Source of the DNA: Tubulanus polymorphus
Taxonomy: Eukaryota > Animalia > Nemertea
Assembly (NCBI RefSeq): GCF_964204645.1
Contig: NC_134029.1
Location: 15,060,950-15,124,949 of the forward strand
Reading direction: 5' to 3'
Length of the DNA stretch: 64,000 bases
The position numbers and the translations under genes were made by a program. A model generated the notes under the pieces. It was not told where the DNA came from and did not search any database. It saw only the letters and a list, made by a program, of their open reading frames with translations. Positions 48,450 through 61,000 of this stretch are shown here, piece after piece (within the stretch, counting starts at the first letter, position 1; every line of letters begins with the position of its first letter).

Positions 48450-49064
48450 ACGTATTATAAATATATTTATACATATTTATTGAATCCTTCGCATTCATTG
48501 AAGTTTCGTAAATAGAAATTGAATTGTTTTTCATAATTTGTATTCGAGAGAAAATTAAGGATTTCTTAGTGTGTGCTGATTACATGACGTTCCTTTGCAT
48601 AATTTGTGATAAAAAATTTCGTGATGAAAACTTGTCATTCTTGGAGTCTGTTAACGTCGAGTCGCCATCTGAGTGCCTCCTCGCCGTCATCGTCGGTGGA
48701 AGCTCCGTCAGCATTATCGTCAATGGATGAGGAAGCCTCCGGTTCGAACATTTGCGGTGTCAGTAGTTGCACAACGTCGTCATGCTTACCTAGTTCGTCA
48801 TGTGAGTCGGTGGAAACACGCTCCGATGTAGACGAATCGTCGCTTTCAGAAGAGGTCGACTCGTTGACGACGGAATTGTTTACGTCCGCCATTTTGAAAA
48901 GCTCGTTGTCCCAGAGTGGGGACCGGACTTCTCTTTTAAAAATCATAATTTTTTAATAACAGAAGCGCGACTTCCCCGAATTCATACTTTTATTACTAAA
49001 ATAGCTCAATAAGAAGTGAAAAATCGAAGAATTGTAAATTGTGACCGAACTCTGGATAAGGTCT
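48450..49064 (-). mobile_element. Kolobok(P)-like remnant with the start of a P2X7-C-terminal-like accessory gene
   Basis: ...GGTCT|TTAA terminus at 49064; acidic Ser-rich ORF 48635-48946 with PQMFEPEASS...WRLDVNRLQE. Confidence 0.5.
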
Positions 49065-49413
49065 TTAATGTATGTTTTTTTCGCAATGTAATAGCGTCCC
49101 GACATAAGAATTTATATTTTTACAGCGACGTACCGGTAATACTTTAATGCATTTGTGAGGACGTAAGTTTTTACGACGAGGTAAGTTTCGTAAGTTTTTG
49201 TGACGACGTAAGTTTTTGCGACGACGTAAGTTATTTCCAAAAATCACCACCAGGTGGCACAGCAGATGTCCACTTAATAGAATTGGATTGAATTGCAATT
49301 TTCGACAACTGCAACATTACCGGAAAATCGAAAATCCCGGGTCTCTATTAAAATCCGGCGATGCCGGTGAAATAGAAAGATTGTCAGAGTAAGTTTCAAG
49401 TTGCGCGATATAA

Positions 49414-50665
49414 ATGATGGAAGATATGGATGATGATATTCTGGTTAGTCTCAACTTTCAACACCTGGTTGACAGGTTCCAAGAAGAAAATGTAAGTGGT
49501 TTTTTCTAAGTACCTGGGGCCTGTACTTATCGGTCCGTACTTGTCCATTTATTAGTAATAATTATAATTAATGGATGAGACCTGTTTTTTTTATGGGATT
49601 TTATTTGATTTTGCCTAATGAAATGGAGGATTTTCTCTCTCTCATTCAACTGGACTACATATCGGATAGTCCGCGATTTTTGGCATTCTGACCTAAATGA
49701 GGTATGTACCCCAAAAAGTAAGCAAAATATCCCAGAAAACAGGCCTCATCCATTAATAAATGGACTATAGCCCGAATGTAGGTATGCTATGCCTACGGCT
49801 ACGGTACTAATGTATAATACTTATAATAGCAATTACACTTGTCAAGTCAAATTGTATCTGAGTTTTTGCCTTATATAGTAAAAGGCCCTATTCTAGGCCT
49901 AGTGGGTAACCTATCTGTGCCTTTGGAGCGTGGTTTAGTTTCAATCTAAGCCTACCTGGTAAGCTTTTGCCCTGGCCGAACAGACTTAATTACCATAATG
50001 CATTTGACTAGTCGTATTGCTTTTTTCTAGGTAAGTGTTGAGATTGTGCGAGAGTTAAGCCATGAACAGCTAATAACTCTAGGACTACAGAGACTCGGGG
50101 ATAGAGTATTGCTGTACGAAAAATGTAGAAATCACAACGTATGTATTGTGAATGAAGGTAAATGTAGAGTTTGAGTTGTTGTATACTACATTGTTTATTT
50201 CAACCAATTTATAAAGATGTAGCATTGCACTTTTATGTCTCAAAGCGATAAAACGGATCATTGTGCCGCCAGTCAAACGGCCTTCGTTGGGCAAGTTGTA
50301 GATTGGTGAGTGGGTTTGATGTGAAATTTCAGATATTGCTTGACCGCCAGGACAAGTGGCTTTTTATTCCTTAGGCTGGACCCTACAGGACCACTCTTTA
50401 ACTTTACTGAATTTTAAAATTAATCCTGTAGGCCAGCTGGGATTTCCCCTTCATCTCTGTGTACAATATGTAATATGCTCCATTTCAGAATTGATTCGAG
50501 GAAGACCAAAGAAGGATTTACCTTATGAATCTTTGGATTATCTCATCTTGCATGCATTCACATACGATGATATTGGTACAATGTTTGGAGTTATTGGAAG
50601 AACGGTTGCTAATCGTGTTAAAGAATATAAAATGCGTGTGTCTGATTAATCAGAGAAATTATCAG
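49414..50665 (+). pseudogene. Spliced SAM-domain exons plus a transposase-type HTH exon (IS3EU-like remnant)
   Basis: Exon 49414-49491 MMEDMDDDILVSLNFQHLVDRFQEEN|GT; exon 50031-50138 AG|VSVEIVRELSHEQLITLGLQRLGDRVLL; exon from 50489 GRPKKDL..LDYL..FTYDDIGTMFGVIGRTVANRVKEY. Confidence 0.6.
49569..49755. repeat. Palindromic MITE-like insert in the SAM intron
   Basis: TAATGGATGAGACCTGTTTT..TGGGAT / ATCCCAGAAAACAGGCCTCATCCATTA. Confidence 0.65.
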
Positions 50666-52827
50666 GTAGGCCTAAGACCCTAAGCCGCCAGTTTTAATGA
50701 ATGAGTACCAACACTAAAAAGAGAAGTGAGACGAGAAGATACACGTGTAACATAATAAGGAGATAATTCCCACAATAAATTCAGCCAAAACGAGAAACTT
50801 GAATAGAAGAGTATATATATTTGCGCAACGTATGACTGATGATGGCTAATAGTAGTAATTAGGAAAGTCTTGTTTCATACCAATGGTCGAAGGGTCGAGC
50901 TCATAAAAAAATAGAAATAGATTCTCGCACGCTCCAATTTATTTTTATTTTTTATTCACTCTCCCTTTCAACCTTTGATATGAAACAAGACTTTCCTAAT
51001 TACTTATCATATATAAACGAAAATCATATTCATGAATAGTATTTAAATGAAATCAATTTTAATAAAAAGATGTGTATAATAAATGGAGAGTAAACAAATA
51101 CACAGTGGATCTCAAATAGAATTAAAGATACTACAAATGTCAAATCTGTAGATTATAAATTCAAAAAGTTAAATGAATTAACTTTACATAACAAATATTT
51201 AATTACAAATATTGAAACAGTTACTAAGAGATATGGTAAAAGATTAGTCATTCACTTAGAATATGAAGGATTAAAAGGAAATATATATAAATTCAGAACA
51301 TATTTACCAGATAGCTTTCATAGATTATCAAGTGAAGATATAGAAGAATTATGTTCTGGTGATTTCTATATCATATACAAAGGTAAGAATGAAAAAGGAT
51401 GTCATGATATAGATTTCGAATAATATAAAAATATTTTGTATGAGTTAGATTTTTAAACATTAAAAGTGTTAGTAAAGTGTGATTGAAATAATACATGATA
51501 TAAATCATTGAACTTCTAAAATCAATTTAAAAAAAAAAATTGATATTAAAATGGAAGCAAATAAGAAGTACTACTGTCCAACATGTAAAATCAATATAGA
51601 TAAATCTCAAAAAGCAAGACATAATAATACTAAATCTCACTTTATAAATTAAAATTAGAATATAATAATGATATATTAGAAACTAAATTAGAAGAATTAA
51701 AGAATGAAAAAGAAATACATAAATGTTTTACATGTAAGCAATCATTCAGTAACAAAAGATATTATAAACAACGTTTAAAATCTAAAAATCATATTAGAAA
51801 TATTAATAATGATATTTTAGGTGAAGATTATTTTGATAGAGATATTAATAAGCAAAGCACAATTGAAAGAATAGAAAATAAATCAAACAATAAAAGACCA
51901 TACAAGGAAGTTAAATTTATAAAATCTGAAGATAAACCAATATATAATATAAATTCTCATTCACAACATATTATTTCAAAACAACATTATAGATGATAGA
52001 TTAAATAAATGTAATTATGAAATAAAAAGTAAAATAGAAGGGAAATATTTTGAAGGATCTGGTTTAATATTTGATGAAATAATATTCATGACGTTACATG
52101 TGTACAATACAAAATAAAATAAATTATATAAATCAAAACCAATTGATGAAAATAATTTATAATATTATAAAGATGATAATATAAATGCATCAAGTTATAT
52201 CAAATTACCATTTAAAACTAATGCTGTTATAGATGTTCAAAATTGTGATGATAAATGTTTTCTATGGATGATAACTAGTTGCTTACATCCAACAGAGTTT
52301 TAGATTAACAAATTATAAACAATTTGAAAATAATTATAAGATAGAAAGTTATCCTGTTAGAATTAAAAATATTCCAAAAATAAAGAGATAAAAATTTAAA
52401 AATAAATGTATTCGATTTAATTAAATTACCAATTTTTTGAAAGGTCTTGAGATGTAAATCTAAAATATTTTAATATTGATCTATGTCATTTTCATTCTAG
52501 TCCAGGTTTAACTTGGGATTGTGGTTTAAAATATACAGATATAAAAAGGGATTTATTAACAAATATAGATCAATTGATATTATTTGAAAAATCTAAGAGA
52601 GGTATTCCAAGTGTATTACGTGATAGATATTTCAATGTAAATGATAATCCTGGATATAAGTGATTATATATAGATGCAAATAATCTATATGGTTGGGCAA
52701 TGATGGAACCACAACCTTATGGAGTATTTCAAATAACTGAAATTTTACAGCACGAAAATGTTGATAAATTTGATTGGAAGAAAAGAATTCTAGATATTGC
52801 AGATGATTCAGACACTGTTTACTTTTT

Positions 52828-54525
52828 AGCATTGGTTGACGTCTATAACGTCATGCCAATGCTAGTAAAATGGATCGAAAATAGTAGTTCGAAAAAATAG
52901 CGCCGACTCTTCTCATTTTCATAGTAACTTCAAATTGTCACTCCGTTCACGTAAAACATTATAAACAGCTGAAAATGACTAAGAAAAATGTTTCAAATAT
53001 TCCCCACAACATAGCGTCGCCAGATTTGTGATTTAATGGTCCAAAAAATTTATTCGATCGCATTTTTTTCGTTCATTATCTGGTAGATGAGAGCGGGTTA
53101 AACAATCTCGTAGCGATATGTCCGCATTGACATTGGCAGTAAAGAATGGGGAACAGCCTCTTCTGAATAGTAAAAAATAAAATTATGTACCTCCGGTTTA
53201 TAAATATCACAGTGTTTGGATATCACTGTTATTCCAACTATCAGTATCCATGGAATTATTTGGGATTCATGCTCAGCGTCAGAATACGTATTTCTAGAGC
53301 AGTGGAACGGCAGCCTACTCGTGACTGAAACGATCGTGCGGGAACGCCTTTAATAAAGTTAAAAAAATTTCATGATGACACGAAACGGTCAAACGGTAGG
53401 CTACCACCATGATACGATATCACCAATAAAGATAGATCATTTTATTCAATTTTACCAGAGTTGTTTATTGGAGGAAAATATCATTGTTAAGTACGCCGAG
53501 AACAACCATGTTGTATCATCAATCAGTTGACTGGCATTGTAAAATTCGATTCGGCTATATTCTAATATAAGTTCTCACTTTAGGACGCGCTAGCCGCCTG
53601 CTGCGCACTCATAAGGCGGTAGCACCCTCTTACGCACTCGGCAGAGATTCGCTTTGTAATGCGCACCGGGCGGGAAAAAATACCTTTTATTATCTTTTCC
53701 ATGCGTTAAACAACAGTGGTTGAATTTACGCGTTGTTTGTCGTAAATTGCAATATTGCGATGGTTATTTGCCGCTGCTGTAGTTTTTTGGAATTGAATCG
53801 AGCGGCCTCGGTAGCTCAGTGAGATAAGGCGTGATGCTGTTGAATCCACTATCAATGCTGAGTGACAAGTGGGTTCGAGTCCTGCTGGCTGTGAACAGTG
53901 TGCGGGCAACACTTCAAAGGCCGTACCGTCGTGAGGTTAAATGAACAATCCAATAGGAATAGTCTTGGGAAACCAAGATCCAAACGACGTACGTAAAGCC
54001 AAACAAACAAAAAGACAAACAAACAATCATCAGCCGGCCTCAGTGACACCAACGCCGGCATCGCTCTCTGCGACGTTTTGCATGCGTACATGCATCAGAG
54101 CTTGGAGCTCTAAGATCAGAGGGTCTTGCAATTGCATTCAGGAAAATCGTTCTGTTTTTGTTTTCATTATTCAGTTGGGCCTAACAGTTCATGCGTAAAA
54201 ATGGGTCTTTGTATCCAAATCTTGGTTGATATAAATATCTTGGCTGGGACATGATGCCGATGGAAAATATCAGAATAAACTAGTTTCGTCTTTTTAACAG
54301 AATCGCATTAATGAGGTTTAACAATACAAATAGCCTAGGCTAAATCGTTCGGCAGAAAATAAATTCTTTTTCAGGAATAAAATCGTACTAGACAAATAGA
54401 CCTTTGAGTCTGTGGTGCTCCCAATCAACGTCGTCATAGAAGATTTGCCGGCAGATGTAAAACATTATAACCACTTAATACTACAGTATAATCTACCAAT
54501 GCTTCAAGGACCATGGGCCTCTTGT
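52828..54525 (+). mobile_element. Non-autonomous Helentron-type element (HINE)
   Basis: Inserted in a T run; subTIRs AGCATTGGT (52828) / ACCAATGCT (54495), then palindrome AGGACCATGGGCCT and CTTGTT. pPolB resumes after it. Confidence 0.8.
53802..54026 (+). mobile_element. tRNA-derived SINE
   Basis: A box TAGCTCAGTGAG, B box GGTTCGAGTCC, (AAAC)n tail; no complete cloverleaf. Confidence 0.75.
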
Positions 54526-55694
54526 TTGTTGTAGACTTGGAATATCCTGAACATATTCAATTTAAATCTAGAAATCTTGCATACTGTCCAGAACATAAAA
54601 CTGTAACACATGAAGAATTATCAAATTATCAAAAAAGAATTAAACCCGAAAATCATATTCATACAGAAAAGCTAATAGTAACTCAGGAGGATAAATATAA
54701 TTATGTAGTGCATTATCGGTTATGTTAATTATATTATCATATGTTAAAATTTTATTTGCAACAAGGAATGATATTGAAAAAAGTACATAGATATATTTCA
54801 TTCAGTCAATCTAAATGGTTAGAAAAATATATAGATTTTAACACCAAACAGAGAACTAAAGCTAAAACTGTTTTTGAGAAAGATTTTTTCAAACTAATGA
54901 ATAACGCATTCTATGGTAAGACTTGTGAAAATATTAGAAATAGAAATGATATTGAGTTGGTAACCGAATATTTGATAAAAATTTAGCTGCAGTTAAAATG
55001 AGGAGAACTTCTATGAAATTTAATGAACCAATTTATGTTGGAGCATCAGTTTTAGAAATATCAAAATTATGAATGTATGAATTTTACTATAACGTATTAC
55101 AACCACTTTTTGAGAAAAGCATATAGAAATCTTATATTTTGATACAGATTCTTACAAATTAAAGATAAAAACTAATAATAGAACAGATGATTTAAAAACA
55201 TTAAAACATCATTTCGACTTTAGTAATTATCCTAAAAAGCATGAATTGTTTAACAATGATAATAAAAAAATTCTTGGGAAGTTTAAGGATGAATTAGGCG
55301 GTGAAGAAATGATAGTGTTCATTGGAATTCGATCTCAAATGTATAGTTATAAAACTAAAACTCAAAAAAATTGAAAGGTATTACAAAAAGCGTTGTTGAA
55401 AAAAAATATTCATTTTAAATATTACATCAATTGTATATTTAATGAAGAAGTTGGAAAACATTAGATGAAATTTTTAAGATCTGAGTACCACGAAATGTTT
55501 ATTGAAGAGATAGAAAAGGTTAGTTTGAACCCTTTCGATGATAAAAGATATATATTAGACGATGGTATACTCACAGTTGCATATGGTTGCAATTTAGATG
55601 AATACTTAAAGTTCAAAAGGCAAGAAGATAAAAAAAAATGAATGAATAGGATTATAACATGTTAATCAATTTTAGTAAAAAATATGTATAATAA

Positions 55695-56305
55695 ATGGAA
55701 CAATCACAAACTATTGATATTTATCATAAGAAATGTTCTAAGTGTGAATTAAGTAAACAATTGTCGGAATATCATAATCATAAAACTCAGAAAGATGGTA
55801 AGCAAAGTTATTATAGAACTTGTGTTAAAGAAATGAATAAACAATACCGAGCAAATAATCCAGATTATCAAAAGGAATGGAGAGAAAATCACCCAGATTA
55901 TAACCCAGAATACTTGAGACAATGGCGAACAGATAATCGAGAATATTATAATGATTATAAGAGTAGTTATAAAAAAGGAAGGTATAAAACAGATCTTGAT
56001 TTTAAATTGAAACGAATTCTTAAAATCATGGATTGTATATCAGTTCGATGATGAAATGAACACAGATAATTACGGAGATAATTTCCATATAGATCACGTA
56101 TTGCCGATATCTAAATTTAACATGAATGATGAATACAATAAGAAATTAATTTGGAATTGGAAGAATCTAAGACCTCTTGAAAAGAAAGAAAATATGATTA
56201 AACATGACAAACTAGATTTACAGTTATATTTGGAATAGTTAGATAAAGCAACGAAATTTGTCGAGCAATGGAATAATAATAATAAATATAGCTGCAAGCA
56301 GCGAT
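55695..56305 (+). pseudogene. Zn-ribbon + HNH endonuclease
   Basis: KKCSKCELSKQLSEYH..KDGKQSY.RTC, basic repeats, NYG..FHIDHVLPISKF..WKNLRPL..EN..KHDK. Confidence 0.8.
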
Positions 56306-57099
56306 AACGGGTTCTGCCTTTCTGGATAGAATGTCGTTCAGGGTGTAACAATTCTGTCTTCTAAATCTCTAATACCACCTTCAAGGATGATTTACACTCC
56401 GACCATAGGCTATAAAGGGGCAATTTATCCCGAACAAAAGAACAACGAACTTACTCGGACAATGGTTCCACTTCTAAGAGACCGCACCTAGCGGTGATTT
56501 ATTACACTATACATTACACTAATTATCGACGGAAAACTACGTACATAATAACGGGTACGAGACCCGTTACACCACTCCCCCCCATAAGTGTCGTAAGCAT
56601 AGCTTACGACCGCACATACGTCCAGTATTAACAGTTCATCTATCTGGTTGATATTCAGTGTCCGATGTCATAAACTACAGCTTACACACACATTCGCACA
56701 CATTCGGTATTTACAGTTCGCAATTCGCAATAAATCCAATTATCCAACACGACCCAACTGATACGCCAACACTACGCTTATGTTCCACTGGGGGAAGATT
56801 AGAGGCGATTAAACCATTCGAAGGTACTCGCTCAATAATCAACACACTTGCCTAGGTCGGTGAACAGCAGGTTCCTACGTGCTGAAATCACAGAAGGTTC
56901 ATCAGGTCGGTCGGGCCTCCTGCAGACGGTTCCAACATGAGTCTGATTCCATATAAACAAGGTAAGCTAAAAATACAAATCAAAAACAACGGCAGTACCA
57001 AAATTCGAGGTAAAACATGTCAGCTGGGTGACCAGTTATGGGTTATGAAAGGAGAGTATGGTGATTTAACCGCTGCACGGTGCCCACCCTACTACCATA

Positions 57100-57942
57100 T
57101 CATATCCCCAAGTGACCCTTAACTACAGTGAGAGGCCGGGTGACAATCTCCATAGCCGAACGACGGTAGTGGAGTCCCTTGAAGTCCGCATCATCCAGGT
57201 CAGGGTGGTCTATGGTCAGAAATCCCGCCTTCTCGCAGTGCGTGTTGATTCGGTCTATGGGGACCACCGTCTCTCGTATTCCTCTCATAACAGGAGCTTT
57301 GGGCAACCAAAGGTGGAACAGAGGAAGGTTTGGGTACTTCTTGGCCAGAACATTGTACAGCGAATAAATATTCTCTGTTGTCTGGCCATAGTTACGGACG
57401 TTATTAATACCGTGGTTAACAACGACCGCACAACAGGTGACTCATGTTGTTTTAACCCCTTCCTCCAGCTGCTCCAGACGCTCCCCAGGGTGAGCAATGA
57501 TGAACTGTTCGTTTGTGGATCGGGAATCTTTGAACATGGAGTCAATGAGGAGTAAAATCGGACTCCTCAGCTCTCCGACCTTTGCCGCACTGCCCAATAC
57601 CGAAAATTTCGGTTCAAGGACACTGCCCACTCCACCGTACTGCTCAACAAACCTGGATAAGGTCCTTTTCAGAATCTTTAACCGGCTAGTTGAGAGGTGG
57701 ATGGGCGATCTTTTCGACGAAGCGACCGTTGCCTTAATTCCCTGAATCACCGCCCCCACCACAACCATTTTAGGGTCGTTAAGGTGTTCAACACATGACA
57801 GCACCAACTCACCCGCATTCAATTCAAATAGGGGCTCCTGAGCTCGCGAGTACAGCTTAATGAGCCTCCTCAGGTCTTTGATGTGCTGACCCTTCAAACG
57901 CTTAGTCTCGGAGTTAAAGGCGTCCAGTGTAAGAGCATCCAT
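57100..57942 (-). pseudogene. Extra ORF of Gypsy 3: N-terminal helical region + SGNH hydrolase-like domain
   Basis: 57442-57942 and 57100-57306 share a frame with one TGA: ILLLIDSMFK (block I), AHPGERL (II), VVVNHGINN (III), DFKGLHY (V). Confidence 0.65.
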
Positions 57943-58007
57943 ATTTCAGTTGTTCCTAAAAAGATAGTAGAGACAAAACATTTTTATAGCTATGCGTTCA
58001 AAGAGAT

Positions 58008-61000
58008 TTAACCATGAAGGTGCTCTCTCTCCCGCAATAATCTCCCTTTCTCTAGCCATTTTGCCTTGTTGTCCATAATCCTAGACCAGCGCTGCTGACA
58101 GCAGGTGCATGCTTTCGATGAACCGACACATGACCTGGCGAACTCGCGGTATCTTACGGGTGGTCTAATAACATTCCGAGGCCGAAGCTGTCTGCGATTG
58201 TCCTGGAAAACCTCAGCAGGAATCGCTAGAGCTTCGACTTGGTCAGTGTCCGCTGCTTGCGGAGCAGGCCCATTGTCAGTGCCCACCCGATCCGGGGTTA
58301 ACTCCTCCTCGGATCCCGAGCTGTCCAAATTCACTTCTGGATTTCGGCGCCGTACCCACACAAATGCCTCATTCTCCGACTCTGACTGTTCAGGGCTCGT
58401 CGGACGGACTGGCGGTTGGTGGGTTCTAAGTCGTCTTTTTTTTTTTCATCCGTGACTTGTTTGGGGAAACCTCAACTATGGGTCCATGACAAGCCTTCAG
58501 ATCATTGAAGTGCACTGTCCGAATCTTGGTTCCTAAACCCCATCTCCAACTGAACCCGGTACGTGACCTCAAAGATTTTCTCAACAATTATGTAAGGACC
58601 CATCCAGCGATTATGGAACTTGGCTGCCTCATCAGTCTTGAGGGCAAGGCTATACCTCCATACTCGGTCACCCACGTTGTACCCCCCACGCTGAGCAAAT
58701 CTATCGTAATTGCTGCATGACGTCGTTGGGCTTTTCCAAGGCGGTCACGGACTCTCTGATGAGCTACAGTTAGATTTCTACACATGTCCTGGCTAAACTT
58801 GGTCAGGTGGACAGGTTCCTCAGGAGGGCTAAACTAAAACGTCCAGTGGTAAGGTCATCTCACTGCCGTATGTCATGAAAAACGGTGTTTCACCAGTCGA
58901 TTCCTGCACACAGGAACGAAAAGCCATCAAACAGGACTGAAGTTTCTCGTCCCAGTCATTCCCCATGTCATTCACAGTCGTGGTCAACATCGATTTTATA
59001 GACTTGTTAAAGTTCTCGACCTGGTCGTTTCCCATGGGGTGATAGGCGGTCGTTCTGGTCTTTTCACTCTCAAGCAGGCTCAACATCTCACTGAAGAGTC
59101 GAGATTCAAAATTGGATCCACGGTCCGAATGAATACTTTCGGGGCATCCGTAGCGGGTGATCCACTCGTTTACGACCTTCCTGGCAACTGTTGGTGCTTT
59201 CTGGTTTCTAGCCGGCCAGGCCTCAACCCACTTGGTGAAAGCGTCCTGCACCACAATGATATAAACGTTCCCACGCTTTGTTCGTTGCAGTGGACCAACA
59301 ATGTCGATATGCAGCCTTTGCCCTCTCCTACCGATTGGCGTTGGTACCAGTGGCGCTTTAGGTCGTTTAGGAGGGTTTTTGCATTGCTGACATTTACGAC
59401 ACTGCTTGACAAAGCTATTGACTGCCTTCCCCAGTCCAAAACACCAAAACCGTTGGCGGACTTTACGTTCTGTCTTGGTGGTCCCTAAGTGCCTACCGGA
59501 TATACCATTATGGAGGTGAGATAGGACCTTAGGTAATAGCACATTCGGCAGAACTACCCGGTTTTTGGCTAATCTGGCACCAGGAAGTGGTTTCAGAACA
59601 AGCAGGTTTTCTACCATAGCCAAGCGTTCAAATTCGCCCAAGAGAATCCTCGCGTTCGAACCATACTGACGCAGGGAATCAGTGTTTGGCTTTGCAAACC
59701 CTTTCGGACTAATTCCTCATCATCGGTATCCTGAGCATCACAAATCTCGACCCGAGTTAGGACATCCCCTATACCAATCGTTTGCACGAATGACACTGTT
59801 GGGTTACGGTGACGCAGCAACTAGGGCAATCCCCATGACGCTTGACCCTCTTGGGAATCCGCGAGAGTGAATCAGCGTTTTGGTGATTGCGCCCGGGCCT
59901 GTGCTCAATGTCGAAATCGTAGTCCGCCAGCCTTTTATTCCAGCGGGCGACTTGGCCTGATTGAATATTGGACGACCGAAGCCACTTGAGGGCTGCGTGG
60001 TCAGTCCGGACAAGGAACTTACCACCCAATAAGTAGTGGCGGAAATAATCAATTGATTCGACTAGAGCAAGCATTTCTCGCCTCGTGGCGCAATAGTTCT
60101 CCTCCCCGCCTCTCAAAACTCGACCCCCATATGCTATTACTCGTTCTGTGTGATCGCCTTGCAACTGTGAAAGAACTGAACCTATAGCCCAGTTACTAGC
60201 ATCACAATCAACTATGAATTTCCCCGATCCCTCTGAAAAGTCTGGGAAAGCCAGTACAGGAGGGCTTGTCAACGCAGATTTAATTTCTTCGAATGCTCTT
60301 TGCTGACTGATACCCCATTCGAAAGGCTGACCCTTCTTTGTGAGCAGGTGGAGGGGTTTACACGTTGCCGCATATCTCTTGATAAACCGAGAATAGTAAG
60401 TGACGAGGCCAGTGAACCTTCATACTTCTGATACATTGGTAGGGGCTGGCCAACTTAGGACTTTGTCAATTTTTGCCCGGTCAGTTTCAATTCCGTTCCC
60501 GCTCACGACATGGCCCAAGAATCTTATCCGCTTTTAGAGGAGGTGACTTTTTCTTGGCTTCAATTTCATATTTGCTGCTTCGAAACAACCGATTACTTCT
60601 GACAGCTTGGAAATGTGGGACGCCACATCCGCAGAATGGGCTATGACGTCATCGAGGTAGATCAAGGCTGTTTTCCATGACACCTTGTCGAGAGCCAAAG
60701 ACATGAGCCGTGTGAAACAGGCCGGAGCATTTGTGAGACCGAATGGCATAACATTCCATTCCCACAAACGGTTCTCAGAACAGAAAACTGTTTTCGGCTT
60801 GTCACATTCTTGGATCGGCACTTTCCAGTAGCCACTGATAAGATCCAGAGAGAGAACCATGACGATCCCGAAAGTGCCTCGAGGGTAGAATCTATTCGCC
60901 CCAACGGGTGACTGTCTTTAGTTGTGACGTCATTTAATTTCCGGTAGTCACAGCACAGACGCAAACTGCCATCACTCTTCGTGGCTAGGACGATTGGGCT

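Larger units (their letters stand above)
51551..55640 (+). pseudogene. pPolB of Polinton copy 2 (deleted, interrupted)
   Basis: KYYCPTC.., YIDANNLYGWAM, KLMNNAFYGKTCEN, YFDTDS, GKFKDE, LNPFDDKRY. Confidence 0.92.
50831..56302 (+). mobile_element. Polinton copy 2 (related subfamily), left end only, truncated by Gypsy
   Basis: Starts AGTAGTAATTAGG with terminal hairpin 50834-51004; TIR gene 51083-51423; ZnF-pPolB 51551-55640 with an internal deletion at ~52435; HNH gene. Confidence 0.9.

Noticed and set aside
49065-49298. Basic repeat protein (NLRRRK)n
   Set aside because: Arises from an ~18-bp ACGACGTAAGTTTT repeat; no other coding support.
53802-53890. tRNA gene
   Set aside because: A and B boxes are present but there is no acceptor-stem closure, and a body plus (AAAC)n tail follows, so it is a SINE.
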